Positions 1-14,084 are shown, counted from the first letter of the stretch. The stretch: DNA of 64,000 nucleotides from Camelus ferus (GCF_009834535.1 NC_045696.1:13146001-13210000), one strand, 5' to 3'. Numbers and translations: made by a program. The notes: generated from the letters alone by a model not told the origin.

Positions 1-1234
1 GAAAAGTAAGAGAAGCTTCAAAGCTAGCATAATGAGGGTGACCCAGTTGGGAGAAGTGCTAAAGAATCCCCAGTGTAAAACCTTTTTAATTCTCATCAAC
101 GATAAGACGAATCATTTGGAGTCCTGAGTACTTCCAATTAGCGAGTGAGAGACTCTGATTAAAAAATCAGGCCCGCTGCATGGCAGAGTGTATTTTGGCT
201 TTTTATTTTGATAAGTGGTTTTAAGTATTTATTATAATAATCCACAGCCTATGGACTAATGGGCTATAGTATGTCTTTTAACTGCAATAAAATCTTGAGA
301 AAATGAGGCCTCATCGTAGGCACTTGCAGTAAAATCTTGGTTGGGAAGTAAAAGGAGGCCACTTTTTTTTTTTATCACAATGATCATGTTTTCTGATTAA
401 TGAAGTGAAAAATAGATCATTTGACTATATGGAAGTTACAATACCCACTATGTAAGTCTACGAACAAAAGGCATTCATTGCTGCTAATGGCCTTGGTGTC
501 TGTCCTGAAGCATCGTATGTAATTGCTTTCTTCAGTTGCCTTATTCAATTATTTGGATTTCTCTTTCATTATGGAAGAACAACTCCCCAAATTTTATGGC
601 CAGGTCCTCTAACATCAGAACCGGAGTTTGATTTCCGAGGCTGCTGCTTCTGCTGTCTTGCTTTGTAGCGTCAGAATCTTATCCGCTATGTGCTCCCCTT
701 TCAGTCTGTTCTTCGCAGGTGTTGAGGCTGGTGGGACCACAGGCTGGCATGCTTGTGGATTTGCACCCATCCCTCTCACCTCAGCCAGTTTTATTTAACC
801 TGTTGCCCTGGCCCTGACTCCAGACAGCTTGTGGATGAAAGGACTTGCATGACAGGTGGTGGAGAACTTAGCAGATGGTAACAATCTGCTAATGACCTTC
901 TTAATTTGTAGACCCAAGCAGAACGAACATGAAGGCAAGTCACACCTGCCTTGATGTGCTTCACCAGTCTGTACAAGAGCCTTTGTCATTGATGTGATTG
1001 GTACCAGATACCTGAATTGGGAACCCTGCCCAAGTGTGGGTCCTTGACGCCAGCTGTGCAAGAATTTGCAGCAGAAGCAGAGGGGCAAAATGAATGGCTG
1101 TTCTATTACTCAGAAGAGGAAAAGGAAGGAAAATGCTCCAGTGGGGGAAAAAGCTCTGGAGTGGGGAGCCATGAGTCAAGATGGGCTGGTTGACACAGCT
1201 GTGGCCCAGATCAGGCTTTGTGGACTTTTATAGG

Positions 1235-1565
1235 AGGCTTCTGCCATCATGTCCTCATTCCAGGTGTGCTGGAGCCAATCACCTTTCTTTTCTGTCCTTG
1301 TATGGACTTTTCTGGTTGTTGTGGCAATTGTCAACTGTCATGGTGCTGGTGGGTGTGTCGTTTGTATGCTAATACATTACAATGAACTTATAAAGAGGCT
1401 CAAGGTCCACTAGAAGTGAGATCCGCCACCATCTTAGGCTCCATTGGTTCTAACCAGTTTTGTTTTTCTCTTTGCAGCTGCCTCCTGAGACTTAGATAAG
1501 AGTAACTGGTTTTTATTCAAGGGAGGAGCAGGTGTATGAACCTGGAGCAACAGCCTTTGTAACAA
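1235..1565 (-). mobile_element. ERV1-class LTR fragment (MER51/MER57-like)
   Basis: The stretch gtcatggtgctggtgggtgtg...tatgctaatacattacaatgaac...ccgccaccatcttagg resembles MER4-group LTRs in reverse; boundaries approximate. Confidence 0.55.
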
Positions 1566-1574
1566 AAGGGTAAG

Positions 1575-1953
1575 TTGCTTTTAATCAGAATGATGACAAT
1601 CTGGTGAGCCCAGTGTCCCCCTAAAAAACTGTCTCAAAAGATTTTGCTCAGCCATAAACAAGAAGCAGGGGTTCGGGGGCCTTAGTTCCTACAGAAGAGC
1701 TTAAAGATATTGCTATGTGTATTTCTTGAGGAGGAACCAAGACCCTATCCCAAGGTTACACTGTTGTTTCTTGACTGTTCCTCCTTTGTTTCTGCATTTT
1801 CTCCCTTCCCTGATTAGCAACAGTTTGAATCTGCCCTTTGGAACTCAGGGAAGGTCAAGGAAGCCAAATGAAGCCTATTTCCTACAAACAAGAAATAGAG
1901 AACATGGAAAGATTCATACAAAGGAGGACCCCACAGGGTCTTGCTCAATATCA
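1575..1953 (-). mobile_element. ERV1-class solo LTR fragment, artiodactyl type
   Basis: Reverse complement begins TGATATTGAGCAAGACCCTGTGGGGTCCTCC (TG terminus); internal gaatctgccctttggaactcagggaaggtca is typical of laurasiatherian ERV1 LTRs. Confidence 0.65.
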
Positions 1954-3101
1954 TTAGTTCCTTGTTCAGTACAATAGGGAAGTTAAAATATCTCTATTTC
2001 TCAGAAGTTTGCCAATTGTTTGAGCCTCTTCTAGATGTAGCGAGTTCTTAAATGATAGTTTACTGCTCTCCTTAGTTATTAAGATCCTTTACCAGAATGT
2101 TTTGAGTTCCCATAAATTACTGCTGGCTCTGCAAGCTCTAGAGGGCTGGTTCTATTAACAGATTTTTGTATAGTGTCGCTGGGAACAGTGACACCCTCTT
2201 TAGTCACATCTGGGTCTTTGAATGCAGACTGCCTCCTTGTCTTCAGGTCTCTATCCCACAAGCTCTTCTTAATTTGTGTGCCTTTTGGAACAACTCTTGC
2301 TCAGCTACTTTGACCAACTCTCAGGTATTCATAGCTCTTCATCTCTGAAGACCTCACTGAAGGTAATGCAGTCTCCTGAGATGCCCAGACACTCCCAGGG
2401 TGAGCTGTATCTGCCCACACCTTCACTAAGGCATTGTTAGTGGTGCTGTCTCAGACATCAATGGATTTCCTTTGCCTCCTCTGCTGGATACTCACCTTGT
2501 TCTGTAGCTATTCTAGGGGTCTAGAGAAATTTGACATAAGGGACAATTTTTGTTCTTGGCTAACATCTCTTCCTCCAGATTCCCCTCACTCTCTTCTCTA
2601 AGTAAGCTCAACCATACCATATACAGGCACAAACCATCTCTCCATGACCCATCCCTGAAAGCCCAGAGTCCAGTCTGTCTTGTCATCTTTTCCATCTGGG
2701 CCTCTTTGACCCTCCTGAGCTAAAGACTTTCTAATCTGAGAATCTAACCAACACACATTCTAAAACCACAGAGGAGATGACACAAGAAAGACTTCAGAAA
2801 CGCCTTTTATCCTGTTTTTAAGGCCTATACCCAGGACATTTTCTCCTGATTGTTCTTTAGTTATCAAAGCTGCAAGTTAGTTATTAAAGTCACACTTTAT
2901 GCCTTCGATAGATATGCTTGCAAATGAAAATGTTACCTGTACGAATTACACCTTTTAACTTACCTTCAGCAGGTCTTGTGGTGAAATCTTTTTCTCTCAG
3001 TCAGGAGGACAGTTTGTACTATTTTACTGACAGTTTCTCACCTGCTTAATCTTGGGACTCATTGTCTGCCTTTCGAACTTGGCTAACTAGGCATGAGGGT
3101 C

Positions 3102-3862
3102 TGTGTGTGGGTTTGGGGGTGGTTCCCTACATCAACAAGAGGCAATTCTCAGAACACCAGCTTGTGTCCTGCAATTCAACTCTGATACTATCTACCCAGA
3201 AATTCCACAAATTAAGCTCCTCCTTCCCCAACTTCAGATGCCAGTTTTCACCTGTGCTTCTGACCCACTGGCTATAGATTGGAGGTTCCCACAAACCCCT
3301 TCTTGAGTATGATTAATTTGCTAGGGTGGCTCACAGAACTCAGAGAAATGTTTTACTCCTTAAATGACTGGTTTATTATGGAAGGGTATAACTCAGGAGT
3401 AAGCAGATGGAAGAGACGCATAGGGCAAGGCATGGGGGAAGGCCATGGGACTTCCAGGTGCTCGGGGAGCGCCGCCCTCCCAGCGCCTCCATGTGTTCAT
3501 CAACCTGGAAGCTCTCCAAACCTGCCCTTTTGGTTTTTATGGAAGCTTCATTACATGGACCTGATTGATTAAATTATTGACTATTGGTGATTGAACCCAA
3601 CCTCCAGTCCCTCTCCCCTTTTCTGAGGTGGGGGCAGAGATGAGATTGAAAGTTCCAACCCGCAAATCACATGGCTGGTTCTCCTGGCAAGCAGCCTCTG
3701 TCCTTTGGTTATCTAGGGACTTTCCAAAAGTCACCTCATTAACATAACAAAAGACATTAGTCACTCTCATCACTTAGGAAATTCCAAGGGTTCTAGGACC
3801 TCTGTGCCAGAAATGGGATGAAAGCCAAATATATATTTCTAATTAGAAATCACAATATCACA
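3102..3862 (-). mobile_element. MER21-like solo LTR
   Basis: Reverse complement starts TGTGATATTGTGATTT...AAATATATATTTGG...GGCACAGAGGTCCTAGAACCCTTGGAATTTCCT (MER21-type 5' end); internal caccagcttgtgtcctgcaattcaactctgatactatctacc. Confidence 0.8.
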
Positions 3863-3981
3863 GGGTACAATTCTTGCAATGGAGCAGAGCTGAAGTCTAG
3901 ACCTCGGACACTTTAGAACAGGGCTCTCATGAGTTGAGCTCACCAGCCGCAGGATAAATATATGTATCCTATATAAATATC

Positions 3982-3982
<1 letters not shown>

Positions 3983-4034
<52 letters not shown>
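3983..4034. repeat. (CTAT)13 tetranucleotide microsatellite
   Basis: Perfect CTAT run read directly. Confidence 0.97.
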
Positions 4035-6489
4035 GTTTTTAATGTGTGTGCATGCACTGTAGTTTGCAAAGAACTGGTATAGAAAAGCAAATGCATAGGA
4101 TGATTAATGAAACTGAATTTTAAGTGGCTTCTCATTATATATTTGCTGATGATAGAAAATTTTCCTTTCTGGAGTAGAGTGTAAACCTCCAGGCAGGAAA
4201 GAACCATGGACTATTATTTTCCTTCTAATCTACATAAATAAGAGACCCTAAACTGTGCTTTCCTAAGTTCACCATGCAAATGCTCCCGAGATGGAACTGT
4301 TATAGACCCAGAATATTTATTTAATAGCAGTTGCTGCAGGGCGTGATTTCTGAGTTCAATGGACCAGAATCCCTTCCCCCTTCCCACCCCTCCCCCTCAA
4401 GTTTTATTTCTCGAGTGTAGCCTACCATCTGCCTTAGAAGCACACAAAAGGATTCATTTCAATTATCAGAAATTTCAAATCTCTTTCCTGCTTCTTTTAG
4501 GGGCTCCTTAGAAAGTTTAAAATACTCCATCTGGACTGGTGATAATAGGTATAAATTTATGCATTATAATCTGGATGTCTTTTCATTTTGTTCGATGGTA
4601 ATAACGGTGTAGATCTACTTTTTTTTTTTTTTAATAAAAACATATCTAGCAGACTCTTGCTTTCCTTTTGGTGGAGAGTTTTAACTGAATCATTATAGGA
4701 CCCTGTTTCCCAAACAAGGCACAAAGAAAGAAAGCTTTAGTGGTTTTCCTTATCACTAGAATCTATCCCCTCTCCCACCAGTAAAACCTAGATGGAACCC
4801 TGTCTGTGTCATTCAATGATCTTTCCTCATGTTAGTTGTCTGTTACAAGAAACTGTAGATAAGTTAATAGGAAATATACTTTTTGTTTACAAAAACAATT
4901 CAGTTGCCCAACACGGGACTGTCTTGTGCCGTGGTGATTAGCAGACAGGATGGATAAAGCTTAGAACATTATTCAGCTCCTAAATGAAGGTCACGTTCCC
5001 TGTGCTGGTTTTATGTGCATGTAAAGGATGGCAAGTGCCTCATTCTTTCACTCTCACACAAAAAAGAGCTTTGCTAAATATGATGATAATTAGTCAATTA
5101 GGAAGGTAAAAGTTGCCTGTAAATACAGTATTGAAACATTTTCAGTAAGTATTATGAAGAGTACATTATCATTTAGTCTAGTAGTAGTTTAAGTAGAGAC
5201 TGCATAAAAATGATGCAAATGGAAACCAGTTCGAAACTCTTGATGTTAAAAATAATAATAATGAAGGACCTGCTTATCGAGCTCCCTGATTCACCCAAAG
5301 AAGAGCTTCGAGGCTTCAGCAGCCAACTAAAAAGAATCAAAAAAAAAAAAAAAAATGAGAGTTATGGCAATGTATTCATTTCTGTGAAAGACTGTTTTAA
5401 TAGCAGTGAGCCGTGAGGTGGGGGAGAAGTGGCTGGAGTTTTAACAATAGCATGGTTGCTTCATTTAATCGCAAGAATAAATCTCTCCTTTTGTCAACAT
5501 GTGGAAAGTCATCCTTAAGTTAACTTGATGACATCAGGCAGAAAGTGCGGCTGTCCCGTGCTCAAAAATTAAAAACAGCAGAACAATCCAACAGACTTAA
5601 TCCTAGATGCCAAAGGTGACAGAAGGAGCACTTGCATGTCAGAAAACTGGGTGGTTTTCACCTCTTACAAGAGGCTGAAATAATGCTTTAAGTTTGTATT
5701 ATTATATATATGAGTTGCAGCTAAGAAGTTTAACAAAGAATTGCATTGAAGTTAGCCCTTTATGGGAACTTCTTATTAACTCTGTATTAAACAGTAGAGA
5801 AACTTCTTTATGCACTGGCAAAAGTGAAGGAAATCCCTGCACAATCCCTCACCCTTTTTCAGACAAATAAACACACAAACACCTAAAGACCTCCAACCGA
5901 AGGCCAGCAAGCCAAAGCCAAGCCCCAAATATCTCAGAGCCTTTTGCTTTAAGGATCCAAGCAAGTAGCAGAAACCGCAGGAGGTATGTTTTAAATACCC
6001 ATCGCAAGCTTAGCGTTAGACTGTTAGCAGTTTGTGAACAGAGAACCCTTTTTCTTTTCTCACGTTTACAGAGCCTAGTGGAGTATCTTTCTTAAGATAG
6101 GCTGCTGCAGGGGTGCATGAATGATTGCATGACTGCATGAGGGAAGCCATTCTGGGAGGACTCCAGGCTTCAGGACACCTCTCAAAAGGGGCCTTGGTAT
6201 TTTTATGTGGGTGGAATATGATTCAAAGGAACAACAAATGCTCTCTTTAAAATGAAGCTAATAATAGCATCTCCTACACAGGGTTTTGTGAATAATGTAT
6301 ATAAAGCTCTCCAAACCGTGCTTGGCACATGGCTGATGCTATATAAGTGTTGGTTATTATTAGTGTATTACATTGAAGGGGAAAAATTAACCCAAGTGTA
6401 ACTTGCAGCCTGAAGGGATTTAGAAAGGGAGAGCATATAGTTCTTACTGCCCAGGAGACAGTAACCACTGCATTTTGACCTTCCTGGGT

Positions 6490-6725
6490 TCTGGACACTT
6501 GCCTTGGAGGGCCCCTTCCTTCATTAAAAAAAAAAATGATATTTTCTGATTATGTTGGTATAAAGATGAACACAATCCAGGCTGGATTAATTATTATTAT
6601 ATATTCATTATTATTATATTCATACTTTCTTCTGATTTAAAAGGTATAAAATTAAGACACTGTTGTGGGCCCCTCAAAGCTTCATGGGTCCTAGGCACTG
6701 TGTACCTAGTGAATAAAAGGGCCTA
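6490..6725. mobile_element. hAT-Tip100-type MITE remnant (MER45/MER91-like)
   Basis: gggcccc motifs near both ends and terminal gggtcctaggcactgtg; family assignment tentative. Confidence 0.45.
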
Positions 6726-6744
6726 AGGAAGTGAGATTTTCAGA

Positions 6745-7005
6745 GAGAGAGTGGTAGACTGTCCTTATACGGAGTAGCTCAGAACCCAGTCTCCCAGTTA
6801 AATTCCAGGATCTGCCATTTACCAATGGAGTGATTTCACTTAATTTATTTAAACTCTCTAAATATTAGTTTGCTCATTTATAAATATGAGGTGTAAAATC
6901 CTACAATATACTCATAGGATTACTTGTAAGGGAAATGAGATTATTCATATAAAGCCCTTAGCATGGTTGCTGGTACATGGGGAGCATTCAGTAAGTGTGA
7001 AATAT
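6745..7005 (+). mobile_element. MIR SINE
   Basis: Degenerate core gtttgctcatttataaatatgagg and 3' aaagcccttagcatggttgctggtacat...cagtaagtgt. Confidence 0.7.
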
Positions 7006-8859
7006 TTTGTTTTCAGCTTATGCCTTAGTGTGTTTTAAACATCAGTGTCTCCTCTCCACTTTATGCCCATGTCTCCTCCTACCTTTGGAAAACTTCCAGC
7101 TTTCTCTGGATTTGGGGTCATGGTCCAGATTTTTCATACCTTAAGCAATGGTGATTATCATTATTCTGGAGTTTGAAAGATTCAAAGATGTTGATGATTT
7201 GATTCAAGAACTCACAGTGTTCATACATCTTTCTGGGTCCTCACCCTACCCTTCAATCTTTATATATCTTTATATCATCTACAACACTTGGCCCTGGGCT
7301 TGGTACCCAGAGGATGCTCATTAAATGTTTGCTGAAATGAAATGCCTTAGAGTGAGAGACATTTGACACAAGAGACTAAGAACACAGTGTTGCCTCATAA
7401 AGGTCTCTGCTAACATGGAGTGGAGCACTTGAGCATGCTAGGAAAACAGTCCACAGAAACACTAGCATTTTGAGATTTTAGATTCAAACCCATGATCAGG
7501 ACATTACAGAAAGAGGAGACTATTCCTATGGTGTCTCATTTCTGGGCAGAGCTGCCTCTGTTAACAGGTGCAAAATATAGAAATTGTCTTATTCCCTCTT
7601 CTCAGAAAACCTGTCTTCTTTTTGGAAAGGTGATCCATTGAAGCCCACTATTTCTGTTAAAATACACACAGTGAGGAAAAGAGGATCAATGAAACTGATC
7701 AGGAAAATCAATTTTGGTGGCAGATGGAATGACAGACATCACAGCCAAGTTCTCCTCCCACAGAACTGCACGTCATCTCATTGGAAAGAGACAAATCTCC
7801 ACCCGGAGTTCGTATAAAAAACAAAACCCAGAGATAATTAAGAAAACTTAATTCAAACAGTTTTACTCTTCTCTACTGCTGAAATTTTAGCCAGAACTAG
7901 TTCCAAGGAGAAAAATCATCTCATTGGAATCATGTAGCAACATACTTCATTTTCTTGAATAAAATGACCAAAAATTAGTAAATGAAGAAACAAAGGATAT
8001 CAATGAGTTAATTCAATAATTACCTTCAGAAGAATGCAGGGTTATTTGTAATCTTCTTTTTTTTTAAAAAGTAAGTAGTTATATTTGCTTTTGTCTTACG
8101 ATGGACCTTGTGCGTTTTGCCAGTGGTTGAAGGAGATCAGCGTATCATGGTTATCCTGCAAGATGAGGTTCCATACCCACCATCAGTGAGTGGGTGTTCT
8201 TTCTCTCATGCCATATTAGGTTCTACCTTATCAGAGGTACAGGAATTTAGGTGTTTTAATGATGATTTTAAAAGAGTGTCATTAATTAAGCGGACGCTTT
8301 GCAGGGCTGCCTCAACTTTAAGAGGATTCGTGGAGGGGACTTTTTGACAAGCACAGGTTTTTTTGGATCATGCTGAGCTGGGTAGGGTATTGAAAGTCTA
8401 ATGAAAACTCTGATTTCATGGAACTATGGGTAGAAGGGGTTGGGGAGGACTGATGAATGTGGTTGTAGTTTTTTTTTTTCCTGGAATATTGCTGACTTAA
8501 TCTACATTTTAAAAAATTGAACTGTTTATCAAATGTTTGTCTCCCAATCAATATTGAAAGCTATTGTTTTACTTCTCACCACACTGTCGCCCCCAGTGTT
8601 TAGGATAGAAAGAGAATTCTCCAGTGGGGTTGTCACAGAGTATAACTACTCGTGATGTATGACAAAGCTTACTTTAAGTCCTTTGCTAAAAGCATGTGTA
8701 CAATGCTTGTGTAACAACCGGGTATATGTAATAAAATGTTTGGCGTATAAAAAATTAAAAAGACTGCCATTAATGTGACTGTGTTGTCAGCATCCAGGAC
8801 ACCGTGTTGACCTTGGTCTTCTCCTTTCCCACGGTGTGTCTTCATCCTTCACTACCACT

Positions 8860-10017
8860 CATCTTTCCAGAGCCCTCAGCTATTGGATTGCCTAAGGATC
8901 CTTTTCTAAGCTTTCTTCTCCTCTCGCTCCATATGTTTTCCTCTGAGGTCTCATTTACTTGTATGCTTATGGCTCCTGAAACTTCATCTCTAGTCCAGAA
9001 CACTCTCTGAAGTCCCAGCTAGAATATCCAATTGTCTACTTAACATCTCCAATTAGAAGATTTCTGGGCGACCGAAATTTAACCCAGTTCAAACTTGATT
9101 AATTGTCTTCCTGCCCCTTCTCCCGCTTCAAAATGTGTCTTTTTCAAGTTATTCCTGTCTCAGGGGATGGTGATCACCATCATTCCATTTGTCAGGCAGT
9201 AGGGTGTCACCCTTGACTATTCCCTCCCTCACCCTGAGTCCAAACACCACTGGGTTGTTGGCTCTGCATTTTAGACACCTCTGCTGTTCATCCACTTGTC
9301 TTTCCCCACACTGCCACAGTCCTAGTCCATGCTATCACTGATTTTTTTCTTAGATAACCTCATGGCCTCATACTTGGGCTCCTGGTAGCCCTTTATACCC
9401 CACTTCTCTGTAAAGGAGAACTTGCTGAAGTACTGATTTTTTTTCCCCCCAAACCTGGTTCTGATCACATCATTCCCTGACTAAAGACATTCAGTGTGTC
9501 CTTATTATTCTTAGGAAAAGAACAAGTTTTCGCCAAAGCTTATGTGAACCTTCTACTTTACTAGCTTCACTTCCATGGAGCCTGGAGTGGGTACCCTCTG
9601 TGACACTCAGCAGCCTGGGACGCCCAGTAGTCTTGCCTCAGCTAAATGGTCCACCTGCATCAAAAGTTCTCTTCTTTGTTACCTTGCTGCAGCCATTAAG
9701 TTTTTTTTTTTTTTAATGTTTTCTGAAGATGCTTTGTTGTTTTGCTCAAACATAGATGTTTTCATTTAAACTATTGTTCAGCTTTCATAGCTTTCCTTAA
9801 ATGTGACTTGCCTGGTGAGACTTATCTGAACTCCCTTTGTTTATACTCGATAGGATCCTGAATTTCCCTTCTTGGTAGATTTACAATCAGAATTGTAATT
9901 ATTTGTTTAATATCATCTCCATGAGGGGAGAGACCGTTTCTGTCCCCCAAACTTAGAATCTGGTCAGGCATGCAGCAGTTGCTCTGTAACTTTGTGAAAT
10001 GAATGAAAGAATGAATA
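8860..10017 (+). mobile_element. L2 LINE 3' region, decayed
   Basis: L2-like catctctagtccagaacactctctgaagtcccag...atatccaattgtctacttaacatctcca, ending in a tgaatgaaagaatgaat tail. Confidence 0.75.
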
Positions 10018-10199
10018 TATAACAGAAAGAAGAAATATAAGGCAAGTTTTGGGAAAGACAGTTGAACATTCTGATTAAGTATAAGGTCATCTTTATATCT
10101 ACATATTTCTTTAGTTTAATAAATGCCAAAATAAGAATTTCCATTCTAGGGTAAGGAAATTATTGCAAGTCAGTTACATCTATTGGAATGAGTTTTGTC

Positions 10200-10370
10200 T
10201 AATTATCAGGAGACCTGGGTTGTGTTGCCACTAACTAGCTCTGATCTTGGTTAAGTCACAAAACATTTTTGCACCTTGGTATCGTACATTGAAAATGGAA
10301 ATAAAATAGTTATCACCTGCCTCTTTGAAGTAAAATTACAATTGTGACAGTACTTTAAAAATGGAAAGGC
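10200..10370 (+). mobile_element. MIR SINE fragment
   Basis: gagacctgggtt...gccactaactagct...cttggttaagtcac...aaaatggaaataa. Confidence 0.65.
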
Positions 10371-10469
10371 AGTCAATTAATAAGATTATCTCGGGAAAAG
10401 CTTATCTAAACTCACAATCTTTGCATTCTTATTGTATAGCAAAGGGAGCTGTCAGTTTTGCTCACAGTC

Positions 10470-10664
10470 CACTGTTTTTCAACATGTGGCTGTTGGACCA
10501 CCTCTTCATTTAGGTGTATGGGAGATAAATTAGACCCCATATTTCTGGAACTCCTGTGAAGATTTTCTGAATTAGAGTCTCAGGTAGGGGGTCCCAGGGA
10601 AATCTGTTTCTCCCTTCCCTTCCTCCCTTCCTTCCCTTCCTTCCCCTCTTCCTCCCTTCTTTTC

Positions 10665-10720
<56 letters not shown>

Positions 10721-11030
10721 TCCTTCTTTCTTTCTTTCTTTCCTTCTTTCTTTCTTTCTTTCTCTCTTTCTCTCTTTCTCTCTTTCTTTTCTTTCTTTCT
10801 TTTTCTTTCTCTCTCTCTTTTCCTTCCCTCTCTCTTTTCCTTCCTTCCTTCCTTCCTTCCTTCCTTCCTTCCTTCCTTCCTTCCTTCCTTCCTTCCTTCC
10901 TTCCTTCCTTCCTTCCTTCCTTATCTATCATGTAGCTAGCTAGCTACCTACCTACCTACCTACTATCTACCATCTCTATAAAAGCTCCCAAAGTTATACT
11001 TAGGCATATACTAAAATTTGAGAATCACTG
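10470..11030. mobile_element. MER5-like hAT-Charlie MITE split by a simple-repeat expansion
   Basis: Left end cactgtttttcaa and right end ttgagaatcactg are degenerate terminal inverted repeats; internal ggtcccagggaaatctg...aaaagctccca. Confidence 0.6.
10607..10922. repeat. Compound (TTTC)n/(TC)n/(TTCC)n pure-pyrimidine tract
   Basis: About 316 nt with no purine on the + strand, followed by short TAGC/TACC repeats. Confidence 0.97.
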
Positions 11031-11997
11031 TTTGTCTTCCTTCATGTGGTCCCCCTCAGTTGGGAAGTCCTATGTTTGTGTCCTACCTATAGGCTTCACA
11101 ACTTTCAAGACTCATCTTAACTCGCTCACTCCACCTTGAAGCTTTCTCCGATTATTCCAGGAGTTCTCAGTGCGCTTCTTTTTGCTGATCTTTTGAAGTA
11201 CTTAAAATTCAACAGATTTATGCTGGCATGTTTTTCAAACTAATTGTTCCTGTGCTAGTCTTACTCCTTCAAATAGATTTTGAGTTACATGAAGTGCAGA
11301 AATCTGCCTTATTCCATATGCCCTCCAGTGTCTGGCGAATGTTGAGCTCAGAGTAGGTGCACAAAATTTGAAGGGAGAAGCCTGGAAGAGAGACCTTTCA
11401 ATAGATGGAGAAACTGTAAAATCCTCTTGTCCATTCCTCTCTCTCTGGCTGTGCTTGTTTTTCGCTGGCATTTCATTAGACAGCTACAGTATGTTTAAAA
11501 TTCCCTGCTTAGCTCTTTACAAATCTAACAAAAACACTAGGCAGAACACAAATTTAGCTCCTGGTAGAGGGTCTCCAGACGCAGATTTACAGCATGTAGG
11601 AAGATTTCCAAGAGCTTTAGCAGAAGGTGTGACGTGTTGGGTATTAGTTTTTGAGGCTGATTATAAAAGTGTGATTTTGTAATCTTCCTTACAGGAGAGC
11701 TATGGCCACTTCTGACAGGCTGCTCAGTGTGTAACAGCCACATCAGGGCGTCTTTCTTTATCAATCATGAATTCGTTTTTTCTTTGTGTTGCTTAAAAAA
11801 AACCTATTGAAAGAAAAGGTAAAATAGGATTTGTACTGGTTTGAGACACAGATAAAGAATACTTGCAAAAAACTATTTTGAAGGGATTATAAGAAAAGGA
11901 CAAAAAATCTTTTCTTGTTTTAAAGATACTAAATTTACCAAGGTGTTCTGTTTAGAGTTGCTCTGGTAAGCAGACGAATTCCCAGGGACTCCTGTAG

Positions 11998-12001
<4 letters not shown>

Positions 12002-12045
<44 letters not shown>
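12002..12045. repeat. (TG)22 microsatellite
   Basis: Perfect TG run read directly. Confidence 0.97.
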
Positions 12046-12048
<3 letters not shown>

Positions 12049-14084
12049 TGAAATTCCTTTGAGGCAGTGGGAGTGAGGGAGACTGGAAATCAGCAGAATC
12101 CAACTGCCATTTGTTATTTTGCTGTTGAAAAACCTCCTACAAGCAATAAGGTGGTTATTAAGATTTTAATCAGAAATTTTCTGTGTGACTGAGGGCCAGG
12201 TCACAGAATTTGCAACCCAAGTATGTAGTTCCCACTTAAATGACTTTGAATTAAAAAATAAAATGATTGTGTTACCTTCAATGTATGAATCTTGATCATA
12301 TTTTCATTTTTCTGATCTCATTTTAATCCTCATAACACTTCTATGAAGCAAGTAAGCAAGAATGACTGTCTCCAAGGAGAACCATAATCCATGCTATCAT
12401 TCAAAATTTCTCCTAGTGATTCGTTTTATAACATGCTGACAGTGCCAGCTCCCCTCTTCTGTGCCTGCCTAGAAGTGTCAAGAATAGGTATAAAAAATAC
12501 ATGTCTTTTAACAATCCTGTGCTATAAGTTTAATTAATATGAAAAAGTGCATATTATGTGCATTAAGTACAATTGGGGTCTCTCTTGCCACTCTGGATGG
12601 GGGGGGCAAATGATATGCTCCATTGTTGCCTGATAAGCATATGAAACTTAAAGGGTCCTTTTGAGATCTGGCCCAAGGTGACCCTCTGTCCCAGTCCACA
12701 TAAAGAATGCTGAAACTGCTTTTGCTAAAGAATGATCTTATATAGGGCCCCAAATCACACAAATATATACTATGGCTGCTGAGAATTCCGAGGGACCTTT
12801 CCTTATAAACCCACTCATTCTCACCCAGGAAACCTCGGGGTGTGCCTGCTTTATGGGGCAGTCTGCCAATTATTGTCAAGCACCTTGGACAGGCTGCCTT
12901 GGCTTCCCTCCCACATGTGCTTTGAGCACCTATTTATGGATTTGGCCTTCTTGCCCTTGGACACTGTAGGCTCTGCTTTCTGGATGCAGGAAGAGAGCCA
13001 CCTCTGGGGACCTGCTGTGTCTCTGGTACTGCCAACCGAGATGCCGGGCACTTGTGCTGTGATCTGTGACACGTAGGTCCAGCATGAGCGGCTACTCAGT
13101 CAAGTCCCTCCTATGCCCATGCCCAAGCAGTCGCTTGCTGGCTCCACTAGAGGGCCAAGAGTCCTTCAGGGGTTTCCCTGAACCCCAAATCCTTCTCTTC
13201 CTTTTCCTAGGCTTTGCAGAGACTCATTTCTGGTCCCCATGTGTCCCTTAAAGGCCTTTTTGCCCTCAAGGTCTTCCAACCTGTCTCATCTCATTGTATT
13301 CTTGGGCTGTAAACTCTGACTCTCGGCTTACAGCTGGAAAAGAAGCCAGACCAGGAGAGAGTAGCCTGCCACGGAGCTGGGATTCTGTTCAAGTCTGTCT
13401 AATGCCCAAATGCACGCTTTTAACCACAGCCTCAAAAGAAAGAAAATCTATTTGCCTGAGATTTTGTTTATTTCTCTTTTGATGACCAAGGGTGGAGGGG
13501 GGCACGGTAGAGGGAGAGCCTTTTGTTGTTGGTGGAGTTTTTTTAGGTTGGAAGGAATTCAGATATGTTTTTGCCCCAGAGCAGAGCCTGACAACAGAGC
13601 CGTGGCGTCAGTGAAAATGCTGAGAGCATCTGGGATTCTAAACCTGCAGAGACCTCACAATCCTTGCGCTGAGAGTTCAGAAACAAACTAGAACAACAGG
13701 CCTTACTCTTTTCAACTTATGGGTGGTTTATTTTGCATGTTGAGCGTCAGGTTAGAGTGAATTGAGTTGCAAAGTGAGTGAGTGATGGAGTGAAAGAAAA
13801 TCTGTTAATTTTAGGTATAATCATAGGCTGTCTAACAAGTGTCTATAATATTAGCAAGCAGAATTGTAAGAAATGCAGTCTTTAACTTTAAGGAATGTAA
13901 ACAAGAAGGTCTGGCAAGAGGAGCCAGCTGAATCCTAGGACTGTGCTCAGCTAGGGCTTGGTTGTTTATGGTTACAGGTGACAAATCCCCCCAGCTCCCA
14001 GTTTCTATGTGCCTGAGATTTTATTTATTTTTTTGGTTGAATTAAGTGGGAGAATGTGTTGAGGACTCAAGGGTGGGATGGGGC

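Noticed and set aside
8124..8184. Possible small + strand exon (ttgccAG...TCA|gtgagt)
   Set aside because: The acceptor is weak, the peptide is not recognised, and I found no partner exons.
10572..10931. 119-aa K/E/R-rich ORF
   Set aside because: It is the translation of the (TTTC)/(TTCC) microsatellite.
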